A DNA stretch of 64,000 nucleotides. Origin: an uncultured bacterium. GTDB taxonomy: Bacteria; Omnitrophota; Omnitrophia; Omnitrophales; Aquincolibacteriaceae. Shown here piece by piece: positions 9,423 to 18,280 of this stretch (the stretch's first letter is position 1; each line of letters begins with the position of its first letter). Both the position numbers and the translations under genes were made by a program. The DNA is taken from the NCBI GenBank assembly GCA_964434115.1, contig CAYSSX010000005.1, forward strand, positions 159,063 to 223,062, written 5' to 3'. Under the pieces are notes generated by a model, which was given only the letters and a program-made list of their open reading frames with translations, made no database searches and was not told the origin of the DNA.

Positions 9423-9868
9423 CGCCGATTCCTTTTTTTGATTTTTCCAGTCCGTTTTTGAACCGATTTGGATAAATTTGAAACTGTGCGCGACGTGAGT
9501 TCCTGGATCATAATGGCCTTCAGGTTCATCCATGTGAAATGAAGAGCACAGGGGCTTTGGCTGCTGCAGGAAGGAAGCCCAAGCACACACTTTGAAAAGT
9601 GCGCTTTACCTTCGACGGCTTCAATCACATCAAGCACACTCGTTTTTTTCGGATCGCGCACCAGCGAGTATCCGCCTCCTGGTCCTGTCACGGCTTTTAG
9701 AAACCCGTTTTGAACAAGTGCTTGAAAGGTTTTCCGGGAATACGCCTCGGGAATTCCGGCTTTCCGGCAAATATCACGCGCTGAAAAGTTTCCTACGTTA
9801 TTCTCCATTGAAATTTCCGCAAGCGCACGTATGGCGTATTCACAGCCCTTTGAATAAAGACAAAACAT
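9419..9868 (-). CDS. nsrR: Rrf2-family NO-sensing transcriptional repressor NsrR
   Basis: N-terminal Rrf2 wHTH (YAIRAL). Three C-terminal Cys (CVLGLPSCSSQSPC) match the NsrR Fe-S ligand arrangement. Translationally coupled to norZ. Confidence 0.8.
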   Translation of the reverse strand: MFCLYSKGCEYAIRALAEISMENNVGNFSARDICRKAGIPEAYSRKTFQALVQNGFLKAVTGPGGGYSLVRDPKKTSVLDVIEAVEGKAHFSKCVLGLPSCSSQSPCALHFTWMNLKAIMIQELTSRTVSNLSKSVQKRTGKIKKRNRR

Positions 9869-9885
9869 ATATCGGCCTCCTATTG

Positions 9886-9901
9886 TGGATATTTATATCC
9901 A
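9886..9901. promoter_or_regulatory. Perfect 7-2-7 inverted repeat TGGATAT-TT-ATATCCA overlapping the putative -10 of the nsrR promoter. Candidate NsrR operator.
   Basis: Palindrome seen directly. On the minus strand it sits between a TTGACA -35 (9914-9919) and the GGAGG RBS/ATG of nsrR. That is the classic autorepressor operator position. Confidence 0.4.
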
Positions 9902-10000
9902 TAATTATTTTTCTGTCAAATCAAACTTTAAAATATGCTGCCGGACTGCGGGGAACTTCTCGAATTAGCCGCCGCCCTTCTTTAAAAATCATGGGGAGAG

Positions 10001-11305
10001 CTACGACGCTGCCACTTCCGGGGGAACAAGGCCAAGGTTGGCGTAAATGGGGCGTACAGCTTTACGGATTTCGGGGAGCTGCCGGAAAAACCAGACCGCG
10101 CCGCCAATACAAATAAAGCCGCAGATCAAAAGCGCGTTGGGCGCGCCAATCCGCTGTGAGAGAAATCCTGCGAACAGGCTTCCGAAAGGCGCGGTGCCCA
10201 TGACAGACATAATATAGAGGCTCATGATGCGGCCGCGTTTGTCGTCATCCACAATGGTTTGTAAGATCGTATTGCTTGAAGCCATTTGAAGCATGAATCC
10301 CCCGCCCGCCGCAACCAGAAAGAACATCGAAAGCCAGAGGGTTTTGGAAAAAGAAAAGGCGATCAGGGCCAGCCCAAAAAATCCGGAAGCAAAAGAAATC
10401 ACACGCCCAAGACCCAGCACGCTTTTGCGTGAGGCCAGCCAAAGCGCGGCCAGAAGCGCGCCCGCACCTATGGAAGTCATAAGAAAACCCAGTGTGTGCG
10501 GCCCGCCTTTTAAAATCGAACCCGCAAAAATCGGGAGCAGAACGGTGTAGGAAACCCCGAAGAGACTTACAAGCGCAAGCAGGGTCACAATAAAAAGAAT
10601 GGGCTTTGAGGCCAGGATGTATTGCCAGCCTTCTTTAAAATGCTTGAGAAAGCTGCCGGTTTGGTTGGGAAGCTCGCGCGGTTTAAGGTGCATGGCAAGC
10701 AGCGCTGCGATCACGGCAAGATAACTCACGCCGTCGATAAAAAAACACCAGCCTTCCCCCACCGAAGTGATAATTAAACCGCCGATGGTCGGACCCACAA
10801 GACGCGCGGCATTGAACATCGATGAGTTAAGGGCAATGGCATTGCCCAGGTCTTTTTTATTTTCCACAAGTTCGACAACAAAGGCCTGACGGCAGGTCAT
10901 GTCAAAGGCGTTCAGAACACCCTGCATGGCGCTGAGAACAAGGAGCCACGGAATTGTGATTTGATGCGTGAGCGTCAGCGCGGCAAGGGCAAAAGACTGC
11001 AGCATGGAAACAGTCTGGGTCGTGACAAGGATGCGGTGTTTGTTTCTTTTATCTGCCACGTAGCCGGCAAAAGGGAGCAGAAGAAAGGCGGGCAGCTGCG
11101 TACAAAAACCCACCAGGCCGAGCATGACAGCAGAGCCTGTCAGACGGTAGACCAGCCACGCCGTGGCGGTATTGGTGATCCATGTGCCGGTCAGGGAAAC
11201 AATCTGGCCGCTGAAGAAAAGGCGGTAATTACGCGACCGGAAAGCCCGCAGCATAAAAGCCGCGGGATGCGTCTTGGTGAATCGTGTGACAGGAATTTTT
11301 TCCAT
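10001..11305 (-). CDS. MFS transporter (12-TM)
   Basis: 12 predicted TM helices and MFS-type motif distribution. 434 aa. Confidence 0.8.
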   Translation of the reverse strand: MEKIPVTRFTKTHPAAFMLRAFRSRNYRLFFSGQIVSLTGTWITNTATAWLVYRLTGSAVMLGLVGFCTQLPAFLLLPFAGYVADKRNKHRILVTTQTVSMLQSFALAALTLTHQITIPWLLVLSAMQGVLNAFDMTCRQAFVVELVENKKDLGNAIALNSSMFNAARLVGPTIGGLIITSVGEGWCFFIDGVSYLAVIAALLAMHLKPRELPNQTGSFLKHFKEGWQYILASKPILFIVTLLALVSLFGVSYTVLLPIFAGSILKGGPHTLGFLMTSIGAGALLAALWLASRKSVLGLGRVISFASGFFGLALIAFSFSKTLWLSMFFLVAAGGGFMLQMASSNTILQTIVDDDKRGRIMSLYIMSVMGTAPFGSLFAGFLSQRIGAPNALLICGFICIGGAVWFFRQLPEIRKAVRPIYANLGLVPPEVAAS

Positions 11306-11317
11306 GATTTTTTAACG

Positions 11318-11812
11318 CTAGTTAAACAACCCCTGCAGGCGGGAGAGGGCACGGCGGGCCAGAGTGTAATCCGGATTGTCCTTCACGGCATCCTGGTAAT
11401 GGGTCATGGCTTTCTGCCAATCACCCTTTTTTTCCCAGGCACGGCCGAGATTGTAGAGGGGGTAACAATAGGATTCATAACGTTTGGCCTGGATAGCTTT
11501 CTCAAACCAGGGAATGGCATCATCAAGTTTGTTGAGTTCAATAAGGTACGCGCCAATATCGTTGTAAGGGTTGCCGTAATCAGGGTCAATCGAAATGGCT
11601 TTGCGGCATTCCGCAATGGCCTCGTCGTAATGGCCTTTGAAACTATAGGCCCAGCCCAGAAAGGTATGCGCTTCGGCCGTGGCAAAAGTGCTGATCGATT
11701 TCTGGTAAAGCTCGATCGCTTCTTCCACATCACCCTGGGTTTGTTTTTGATAGCCTTCCTGGAAGATGCGGAAGGCCTCTTCGCGGGAAACGTATTCGTT
11801 CTTTTCACTCAT
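11318..11812 (-). CDS. TPR-repeat protein
   Basis: Repeated 34-aa TPR-like units (W/LG/Y, A, F/Y, A, P patterns). Confidence 0.7.
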   Translation of the reverse strand: MSEKNEYVSREEAFRIFQEGYQKQTQGDVEEAIELYQKSISTFATAEAHTFLGWAYSFKGHYDEAIAECRKAISIDPDYGNPYNDIGAYLIELNKLDDAIPWFEKAIQAKRYESYCYPLYNLGRAWEKKGDWQKAMTHYQDAVKDNPDYTLARRALSRLQGLFN

Positions 11813-11834
11813 GAGTTCAATTATACCCTCCGAA

Positions 11835-13001
11835 TCACACGCGCGTCAAAAGCGCGGCCATTTCAATGTGTTTGGTCCTGGGAAACATATCAAACGGGAT
11901 CACTTCCCTGACCTCAAAACGGCCCTTGGCCAGAATTTTTCCAAGGTCGCGGGTCAGGGTTCCGAGATGACAGGATAAATACGCGATAGTTTGAATAGAC
12001 GGCTCGCCCCCGAGAAATTCCGCGAGTTCACTCGACATGCCGGTGCGCGGCGGATCCACAAACACAAAGACCTTGTCGCGCGGTTTGCGCTTCAGGTAGC
12101 GGGGAAAAGATTTTTCCGCAAGACCTTCGATCACATCCGCCTGAAGATTGCGGGCCTTGAAATTTTCACGGAGCGCGGTCAGGCTGTGCGGGTTTTCTTC
12201 AAGGCACATGAGGTCGGGCACGCCGCCGGCCGCAAGAAGGGTGAACGTTCCCGCGCCCGCGTAAAGATCCGCGAAAAGACGGGGGCCGGCGCCAGCCACC
12301 CAGCCCTTGACCACCTCACCAATCTGACGCGTGGCTTCAAGGTTGTTCTGGAAAAAACCCTTACTGCTGGTGAGGATGGATTCACTGCCCACTTTCATGG
12401 AAAAAATCTGTTCCTCGCGGCCGGAATAAATCGTGCCGCTTTCCCCCACACGAAGCGAAATGCGGGCCTCGCCTTTTCTGAGCAGGCGTTTTTCCGTGAA
12501 CGCGTTTTTCAGGCGCGGGTCGGCAATCAAACAGTTCTCCAGTGTGAACACGGTGCGGTTGTCGCGGCCCACATACCCGAAGTCCTGCTGTTTGGCAGAC
12601 TGCGTGGTCTCGTGCAAAGTCACACTGTTACGGTAGCCGTAAGGCGATTCGCCGTGGCGGATGGGCTTAATAATATCGCCGCTGATTTTAAGGAACCTTT
12701 GCAAATGCTCGCGCACCTGAATTTCTTTCCAGCGCAGTTCCTCTTCATAAGTCACATGCTGGTACTGGCAGCCGCCGCATTCACGCACATAAGGACAGGG
12801 CGGTTCCATGCGGGTTGGCGCAGGGGTCAGGATTTCAAGAAGCCGGCCTTTGGAATAATTGGATTTCTCCTGGGTCAGGCGGACCCGCACTTTTTCGCCA
12901 GGCAGCGCGCCCTCGACAAAGCAGACTTTGCCGTCAAGAAAGCCCAGGCCTTCCCCGCCATAAGCCAACTTGTCGATTTGAAGCTCTTTTTCTTCGTTCA
13001 T
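11835..13001 (-). CDS. rlmD: 23S rRNA (uracil-5-)-methyltransferase RlmD/RumA family (TRAM + 4Fe-4S + SAM MTase)
   Basis: N-terminal TRAM-like domain, Cys cluster CPYVRECGGCQYQ, and a C-terminal SAM-binding fold with the conserved nucleophilic Cys (SCHLGT). Confidence 0.85.
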   Translation of the reverse strand: MNEEKELQIDKLAYGGEGLGFLDGKVCFVEGALPGEKVRVRLTQEKSNYSKGRLLEILTPAPTRMEPPCPYVRECGGCQYQHVTYEEELRWKEIQVREHLQRFLKISGDIIKPIRHGESPYGYRNSVTLHETTQSAKQQDFGYVGRDNRTVFTLENCLIADPRLKNAFTEKRLLRKGEARISLRVGESGTIYSGREEQIFSMKVGSESILTSSKGFFQNNLEATRQIGEVVKGWVAGAGPRLFADLYAGAGTFTLLAAGGVPDLMCLEENPHSLTALRENFKARNLQADVIEGLAEKSFPRYLKRKPRDKVFVFVDPPRTGMSSELAEFLGGEPSIQTIAYLSCHLGTLTRDLGKILAKGRFEVREVIPFDMFPRTKHIEMAALLTRV

Positions 13002-13045
13002 AACCGCCTTTGATTAAAGGGTGCCTGGGCCCCATCTATGCAAGG

Positions 13046-13106
13046 GGTACCGGGTTCCGCTGGGGACATGTTACGCAAGTTACGTGTCCCTTAGGTACCC
13101 GGTACC
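13046..13106. promoter_or_regulatory. 61-nt near-perfect palindrome (GGTACCGGGT ... ACCCGGTACC outer arms, GGGGACAtGT / ACgTGTCCC inner arms) in a divergent intergenic region
   Basis: Inverted repeats read directly. Located between rlmD (minus) and the small membrane-protein gene (plus), immediately upstream of a sigma70-like promoter. Confidence 0.4.
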
Positions 13107-13119
13107 TTTAAGGAAATTT

Positions 13120-13148
13120 GAAAAAACTGCCGATAGAAATTATACTTT
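13120..13148 (+). promoter_or_regulatory. Sigma70-like promoter (TTGAAA-17nt-TATACT) for the small membrane-protein gene
   Basis: -35 and -10 hexamers with 17-nt spacing, about 35 nt upstream of a GGAGG RBS and the ATG at 13186. Confidence 0.4.
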
Positions 13149-13185
13149 AGGTTATCATTCCAACAGCTTCCGGGAGGAATTTATC

Positions 13186-13341
13186 ATGGATGACAAAAAT
13201 AAGAACTTCATTAAAGAAGACCCGGGCATGGGAATGGGTGCCATGATTCTTTTGGTTCTTGCTGCAATTCTTGTCTTTGGCGGACTCGGCTGGGTCCTGA
13301 TTCATTTCGGAAGTTCGCTCGCGCTTCCCAAAGGCGGCTAA
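13186..13341 (+). CDS. Small membrane protein (about 51 aa, one TM)
   Basis: GGAGG RBS, internal ATG, hydrophobic helix (GAMILLVLAAILVFGGLGWVLI). Followed by a bidirectional terminator. Confidence 0.45.
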   Translation: MDDKNKNFIKEDPGMGMGAMILLVLAAILVFGGLGWVLIHFGSSLALPKGG

Positions 13342-13366
13342 ACGCGGTTTCAATTTGGCTTTTTTT

Positions 13367-13403
13367 CCCGCTCCGGGGTCAAATCCGGGGCGGGTTTTTT
13401 TTT
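13367..13403. terminator. Rho-independent (bidirectional) terminator
   Basis: 10-bp GC-rich stem (cccgctccgg / ccggggcggg with one G-U pair) with a T9 run on the plus strand and a T-run on the minus strand. Lies between convergent genes. Confidence 0.6.
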
Positions 13404-13885
13404 CCCAATTCCTCTTCTGCCTGCTTCGCGTCTTTCCACACAAAAAATTGAATCACGGCCCACAGCACACAGGCCAGTACCGCGCGGCCCGCCAGCTGTT
13501 TCCCGGGAATCAGAAAATAAAGGACAGGCGCTGCGGCCAGCGCAGCCACTCCCATTTGGGCCGCGGCTTTCACACCCTTGGCTTTTTCTACAAGTTCGGA
13601 ACGGCGGTAGGCCTCAAACTCTTCGCCCGCTTCTTGAAGCTGGCGGATGGCTTCGGCGGCATCCGATGCGGGCGCTCCCGCGGCTGGCTGCGCGGAAGCG
13701 CCTTCAAGACAGGCCCGGGCCTGCGCTTCGTCCTCTTCCAGCACCATAAGGCTGAAAGGCAAGGCCGGGTCTTCGGAATCGGACGTAATCATGGCGCGGA
13801 TACCTTCGGAATCAAGACAGTTTTTGGAAAGTTCGGCCTCAAAACGGCTTGCGAAATTTCCCAGACTGATAAATTTTTGGGCCAC
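13379..13885 (-). CDS. Hypothetical protein with DUF2007-like N-terminal domain and C-terminal TM helices
   Basis: 168-aa ORF. N-terminal segment resembles putative signal-transducing DUF2007 proteins. C-terminal hydrophobic segments. Confidence 0.5.
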   Translation of the reverse strand: MAQKFISLGNFASRFEAELSKNCLDSEGIRAMITSDSEDPALPFSLMVLEEDEAQARACLEGASAQPAAGAPASDAAEAIRQLQEAGEEFEAYRRSELVEKAKGVKAAAQMGVAALAAAPVLYFLIPGKQLAGRAVLACVLWAVIQFFVWKDAKQAEEELGKKNPPRI

Positions 13886-14032
13886 GGAATCTCCTTACTT
13901 AAAAATAAAATCCCGGTTATAGTGAAGAAAACACGGCCGCATTTCGTCCGAGAGAAAGGTCAAACTTTTCCCGAAGCGTCCGATAAAGAAAAAGCCCCCG
14001 TCCTTAATTTCAATTTCAAAAGCGAGGTTTCC

Positions 14033-14506
14033 ATGAAAAAAATTGCATTGCTGCTGGCCTTGTTTGCCGCGGTCCCAATGCCTTGGGCCCAGGCCAGCCA
14101 GCACATTCTCGACAGCTCCCAAAGGCCTTCGTACCTTTTCGTGCAGACCGCCAAGTCCGGGACTTTTGACGGCATCCAGGTCACGCTGCATGATGTGTCG
14201 CCCACGATTTATTTCAGCGACCGGCCGTACCGTGTCGCGGGCCATATTGCAACGCCCCTGTTCGTCACCAACTGGAAGCAAGGCCCGGGTAATTTTGAAG
14301 CCGACCCGCCCAACGCCACGCTTTCGGTTTTCAACGAGGACGGAACCGTGAGCAACACCGTGATTGAAGTGACGGAGCCGGTTTTTAAGGACGGCGCCAT
14401 CCGCTATACCGTGCGCACCTTAAGCGGTGAACTTCCCAAAGACTTCAAGACCGTCACGCTGTTTCTTAATGCCGGAGAGGATTTCGGCGAACTCGGCAAC
14501 GGCTAA
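14033..14506 (+). CDS. Secreted hypothetical protein (157 aa, signal peptide)
   Basis: Internal ATG preceded by a GAGG RBS. Classic signal peptide MKKIALLLALFAAVPMPWAQA. The upstream part of the long plus-strand ORF (13355-14030) is antisense to the 13379-13885 gene and is unsupported. Confidence 0.6.
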   Translation: MKKIALLLALFAAVPMPWAQASQHILDSSQRPSYLFVQTAKSGTFDGIQVTLHDVSPTIYFSDRPYRVAGHIATPLFVTNWKQGPGNFEADPPNATLSVFNEDGTVSNTVIEVTEPVFKDGAIRYTVRTLSGELPKDFKTVTLFLNAGEDFGELGNG

Positions 14507-14541
14507 GCAAACGGCATTTTAATTTGCAGCGTTAGATTCCC

Positions 14542-15915
14542 TTAATTCACTTCATTGACCGCGATGATGCGGTCAAAGAGCGAGCCGATTCTGGATTGCC
14601 CGTTCAGCGTCAGGTCTGACACCACGACTTGATTGATGCGGTTCTTGTCATCGGAAGTCATGGAATACCTCTCCGCCCACGTAGAATGAATCACATAAAA
14701 CTGCCCGTTCACCTCTCCGAGGTAAAGCATCAGATGCATCGGCATTCTGAGAAGCGTCATGCCCGGCGCGCCTGAACGGATGGCTTCGATTTTCGCTTCG
14801 GTACCCTGAAAGACCGGAAAGTGCCCGAGCTGGGTTCCCACAAAAGACTGCTGTTTGGAATCGCGCGGCATGTCCACCCCAAGACTCAAAAAAACGTCGT
14901 GCGTGAAGCCTGAGCAGTCGCGGCCGTTGTACATGCCGCCCCACCCGTAACGCGCACCCAGAAGTTTGAAGGCCTGCTTGATGATGTTGCGCTGGGTAAA
15001 GGCCGGATAGCCTTTGGACACGTCCACCCTGCGGCCCAAATATCCTTTTTCAATCGAGACCTTGCCGCCTTCGCCGCGCACCGGGAGTTCGACCACGCTG
15101 GTTCTTTCATTCTGTCCGATCAGCGGAAGGACTGTGCCCATGCTGGCGCGGACCGCGGACTTGGTCAATTGCGCGTCATCAAAAACACTCACGCTCTCCC
15201 CCGTGACCACAAGAAATTTGGAGGAGTCGACGTGCTTTTTCAGCGCGGACCGTGACGGAAAGAGCGCGATGTCGCGGGCCTTGACCCAGCCGCGCGTGTA
15301 GGGGGCCTGCACGTAATACCACTTGCCATCCGACGAGGTATGGTAAATCGCGACCGGGGTCCAGAGTTTGATCTGCGTGAACTGCAGCACATCAAATTCA
15401 ATGTCGCCCGGCTTCTCAATAAGTTTCACGTCTGTCGGAATCGCCCGCACAGAAGCCGCGCGCACGGCCGCGCCCCAGCCCATCTGGATTTTGGCCGGAA
15501 CTTTGTCAAAGGCCATGACGGGTTTCACCTGCTTTTCAAAAAATTCTTTCGTGACCCGCGAATCATCCGCGAACATAAGCCCGGTGCGGCCGCTCAAGGC
15601 CTTGTAGACATTCGCGAGGTCTTCTTGCGTGCCTTTGCCGGAACGTGAGGAATCCATTTTAAAAATATCAATCTGTTCGGGAAGCATGGCCCGGATTTCC
15701 TGATTGAAATGCTGGAGTTCTTCCGGGGTTTTGATGGGCGCGTCAGGTTCCGGAATTTTGCTGATCCAATAATCCGCGTTGAGCATCTCGGGTGTAACGC
15801 TGGTTAAGAGGAGCGGACCGTCCGGAAGGGGCGGAAGGTCTTCGGCAAAAACAGGGTTTGAAAAAACAACAAGGGTGCTGAACAGAAAAATTTTCCACGC
15901 GCCGGGTCGGGCCAT
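14542..15915 (-). CDS. NlpC/P60 (C40) family peptidase with SH3b-like domains
   Basis: Signal peptide. Catalytic Cys (RDCSGFTHDV) and His (HSTW) motifs of NlpC/P60 at the C-terminus. SH3-like domains upstream. Confidence 0.8.
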   Translation of the reverse strand: MARPGAWKIFLFSTLVVFSNPVFAEDLPPLPDGPLLLTSVTPEMLNADYWISKIPEPDAPIKTPEELQHFNQEIRAMLPEQIDIFKMDSSRSGKGTQEDLANVYKALSGRTGLMFADDSRVTKEFFEKQVKPVMAFDKVPAKIQMGWGAAVRAASVRAIPTDVKLIEKPGDIEFDVLQFTQIKLWTPVAIYHTSSDGKWYYVQAPYTRGWVKARDIALFPSRSALKKHVDSSKFLVVTGESVSVFDDAQLTKSAVRASMGTVLPLIGQNERTSVVELPVRGEGGKVSIEKGYLGRRVDVSKGYPAFTQRNIIKQAFKLLGARYGWGGMYNGRDCSGFTHDVFLSLGVDMPRDSKQQSFVGTQLGHFPVFQGTEAKIEAIRSGAPGMTLLRMPMHLMLYLGEVNGQFYVIHSTWAERYSMTSDDKNRINQVVVSDLTLNGQSRIGSLFDRIIAVNEVN

Positions 15916-16006
15916 AACTTTTTTCCTTCTGAAAAAGATTGAGAAAAAGGACGGGAGAGCGAGTGAGATTATACGGGAGCGGCGGCGGATTTTCTACGCC
16001 GAAGGG

Positions 16007-18268
16007 TTACTCCAGGCCTTTTTTCTTGCGGAGAAACCAATCCAGGGAAAGGATGGCCAGAACCAGGGCGTAAAAGGCCGGGTGATGCCAAAGCGGCGCG
16101 GAGTGGCGGCGCAGGTGGACCTTGCGGATCTTCTTAAGCGCGGCGTCCAGTTTGGGTTTGGCGAGCTGGATCACCACGCCCTGGCTTTCGGCGGCCAGTT
16201 TTTCCAGGGTGGCGGAGGAAACCGCCAAATGCCGGGCCTCCACACGCGACCGGTGAACCGCGAAAGGCTTATCCACGGCAAGCGAGGGCTGGCCTTTACG
16301 ATAGCAGGTGGCGCGGAGAACATAATCGCCGGGGGCCAGATCTTCAAGCCGCCACGACATTTTACGCTGAGTCGAGAAAGGCATGGCCTCGCGGAAACGC
16401 ACCCTTTTTTCTTTTTGTAAAATCTCAAGCTGCATGGCGGAGTCGGGGTCCGGGGAGCCTGACAAGCCGGGAAGATAGGCCGTCCATTCCACGGGTTCGT
16501 GTTCTTCCGGGTCAAGCGGCGTCATAGAAATATCAAAAGGTGAAAGGCGGCGGCGCAAGCGGTTCTCCGTGAGCCATTTGAAGGCGTTCCGCCAAAAGGA
16601 CGCGTAAAGCCAGCCGTCTTCCGGCGTTTTCCATTCCTGAAACCACTGGCCCCAGTTGGGCGTGATGTCGGAAGTAAAGGCCAGGACTTTTCCCTGGCCG
16701 AAATTCTGCACGGCGAGAATTACGCGCGGTCCGAAAGAGCTGACATCATAGGGATGCTGAAGAATGGCCGTGGCGCCCGGCTTGATGCGGCCCACATAGT
16801 TGTAGCCGCCAAGCTCAGGCATGGTTTTCCAAAGCATCTCGTTTTTCTGTTTGTCCCCGGAAAGTTTGAGGAGCGCGTGGTCTTCTTCGCCAGCCACCGG
16901 GACGGGGCGGAACGGGTTTTCCACAGTGCCCTTGGCCGCGAGAAACACGTCTTTCTTATAAATATCGCTGATTTCAACGGGCAGCATTTTTTCTACTTCG
17001 GAATTGGAGTAGCCGCCGTCGCCAAAAGAGTCCACGCCCCCGACCATGACCAGCGCGCCGCCTTCTTTTTCCACGAGTTCGCGGATCCAGGCAATTTGAT
17101 CCGCGCTGAGAAGCGTGCGTTTGACGTCGCTCAGCACAATGACATCGTAGGCCAGCATGCCCTCGCGCGTGCGCGGAAGACCGTACAGCGAGTCCTTGAT
17201 AAAGGGCACGCCCTTTTTCTTGGCAAACCCGATGAGGCTGGAAGCAAAATCCACGTTGAACACGCGGTCTTCCTCAAGCGCCTTTTTGAAAAAATTTTCA
17301 TCTTTGTAAAAAGATTCGGAGTAAAAAACTTTCAGACGCCTTGGACTGGCCTGGAACCAGGCGCGCGCGTGATTGTCGCTTTCATGAATGTCTTTCTGCG
17401 CCGTGCCATCAGCCTCGGAATAAATGTTGAAATCAAGCACATGCGAGCCTTCACCCGGCACGGAAAGCTCAAAAGGAAACCGGCCGGCTTCGGACAAAAG
17501 TTCTTTTTCGAGATACGGTTTTCCGTCGAGTTCGACACTGAGCGTGACCGGTGTTCCGGGAGAAAGGGTGGAGGTCCAAACCGCTTCCACGGGAAAGGTC
17601 TCGCTGGTAAAGACCTGGTCCTTGAGCACCGGCGCCTTAAGGCTGAGGTTCGGGACTTCGTGAAGGCTTCCGGCCTTGACCGCGATCCAGGGGAAAACAG
17701 GGTCCCCGAAAACACCCGGCACATCGTCGGAAACATCCGTGGCCGCGCCGTCGGTGAAAACAATCCATCCGAGCAGGCCCGGGTCATCGCCGTACAAACG
17801 GTTGAGTTCGCGGACCGCAAACGCAAGCCGGCTTTCGTCCCCTTCAGCTTGAACTTCGGCCAAAGTCTCCGGGGTCGCGTCTTCGAGAATTTCCCCCACT
17901 GTGTAAAAACGGCGGAGATTGTTTTTCCGCAGTTCTTTCCAAAAAGGATCGTCACTGAGGTAACGCTTCACCGCATCCAGGCGGGTCTGACCGTTCACTT
18001 CATCATTCACGGCCATGCTGGCGGAAGTGTCGACAAGAACGCCGAGCCATTCGTTTTCGCGTTCCCTCGTCCAGTATGGATCCAGCAGGATAAAGAAAAG
18101 AATCAGGACAAGAAGGGCGCGGAGCGCGAAAAGCGCGGCACGCACACTGGGGCGCGCAGCCACTGAAAAACGGTGATACGCGAGGAAAAGATAAACACCG
18201 CAGGCAAGAAGCGCGGCCGCGATGACAAACGGCGGCAGGGCATTGAGGAAAACAATGTCAAAAGGCAT
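16007..18268 (-). CDS. BatA-like membrane protein with von Willebrand factor A (VWA) domain and long C-terminal region
   Basis: BatA_N-like N-terminus (MPFDIVFLNALPPFVIAAALLA..RF). MIDAS motif DTSASM. Last gene of the MoxR/VWA operon. Confidence 0.7.
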   Translation of the reverse strand: MPFDIVFLNALPPFVIAAALLACGVYLFLAYHRFSVAARPSVRAALFALRALLVLILFFILLDPYWTRERENEWLGVLVDTSASMAVNDEVNGQTRLDAVKRYLSDDPFWKELRKNNLRRFYTVGEILEDATPETLAEVQAEGDESRLAFAVRELNRLYGDDPGLLGWIVFTDGAATDVSDDVPGVFGDPVFPWIAVKAGSLHEVPNLSLKAPVLKDQVFTSETFPVEAVWTSTLSPGTPVTLSVELDGKPYLEKELLSEAGRFPFELSVPGEGSHVLDFNIYSEADGTAQKDIHESDNHARAWFQASPRRLKVFYSESFYKDENFFKKALEEDRVFNVDFASSLIGFAKKKGVPFIKDSLYGLPRTREGMLAYDVIVLSDVKRTLLSADQIAWIRELVEKEGGALVMVGGVDSFGDGGYSNSEVEKMLPVEISDIYKKDVFLAAKGTVENPFRPVPVAGEEDHALLKLSGDKQKNEMLWKTMPELGGYNYVGRIKPGATAILQHPYDVSSFGPRVILAVQNFGQGKVLAFTSDITPNWGQWFQEWKTPEDGWLYASFWRNAFKWLTENRLRRRLSPFDISMTPLDPEEHEPVEWTAYLPGLSGSPDPDSAMQLEILQKEKRVRFREAMPFSTQRKMSWRLEDLAPGDYVLRATCYRKGQPSLAVDKPFAVHRSRVEARHLAVSSATLEKLAAESQGVVIQLAKPKLDAALKKIRKVHLRRHSAPLWHHPAFYALVLAILSLDWFLRKKKGLE

Positions 18269-18280
18269 GCGGAAGGAAAC

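Noticed and set aside
10961-13013. Plus-strand ORFs of 316 aa and 340 aa
   Set aside because: Antisense to the MFS transporter/TPR genes and to rlmD respectively. No motifs. Arg/Gly-rich composition typical of GC shadow frames.
13355-14030. N-terminal 225 codons of the 383-aa plus-strand ORF
   Set aside because: It overlaps, in antisense, the better-supported 13379-13885 gene and the bidirectional terminator. Only the portion from the internal RBS/ATG at 14033 with a signal peptide looks genuine.
16754-18166. 470-aa plus-strand ORF (also 17332-17955 -)
   Set aside because: Antisense or alternative-frame shadow of the BatA-like VWA gene 16007-18268.
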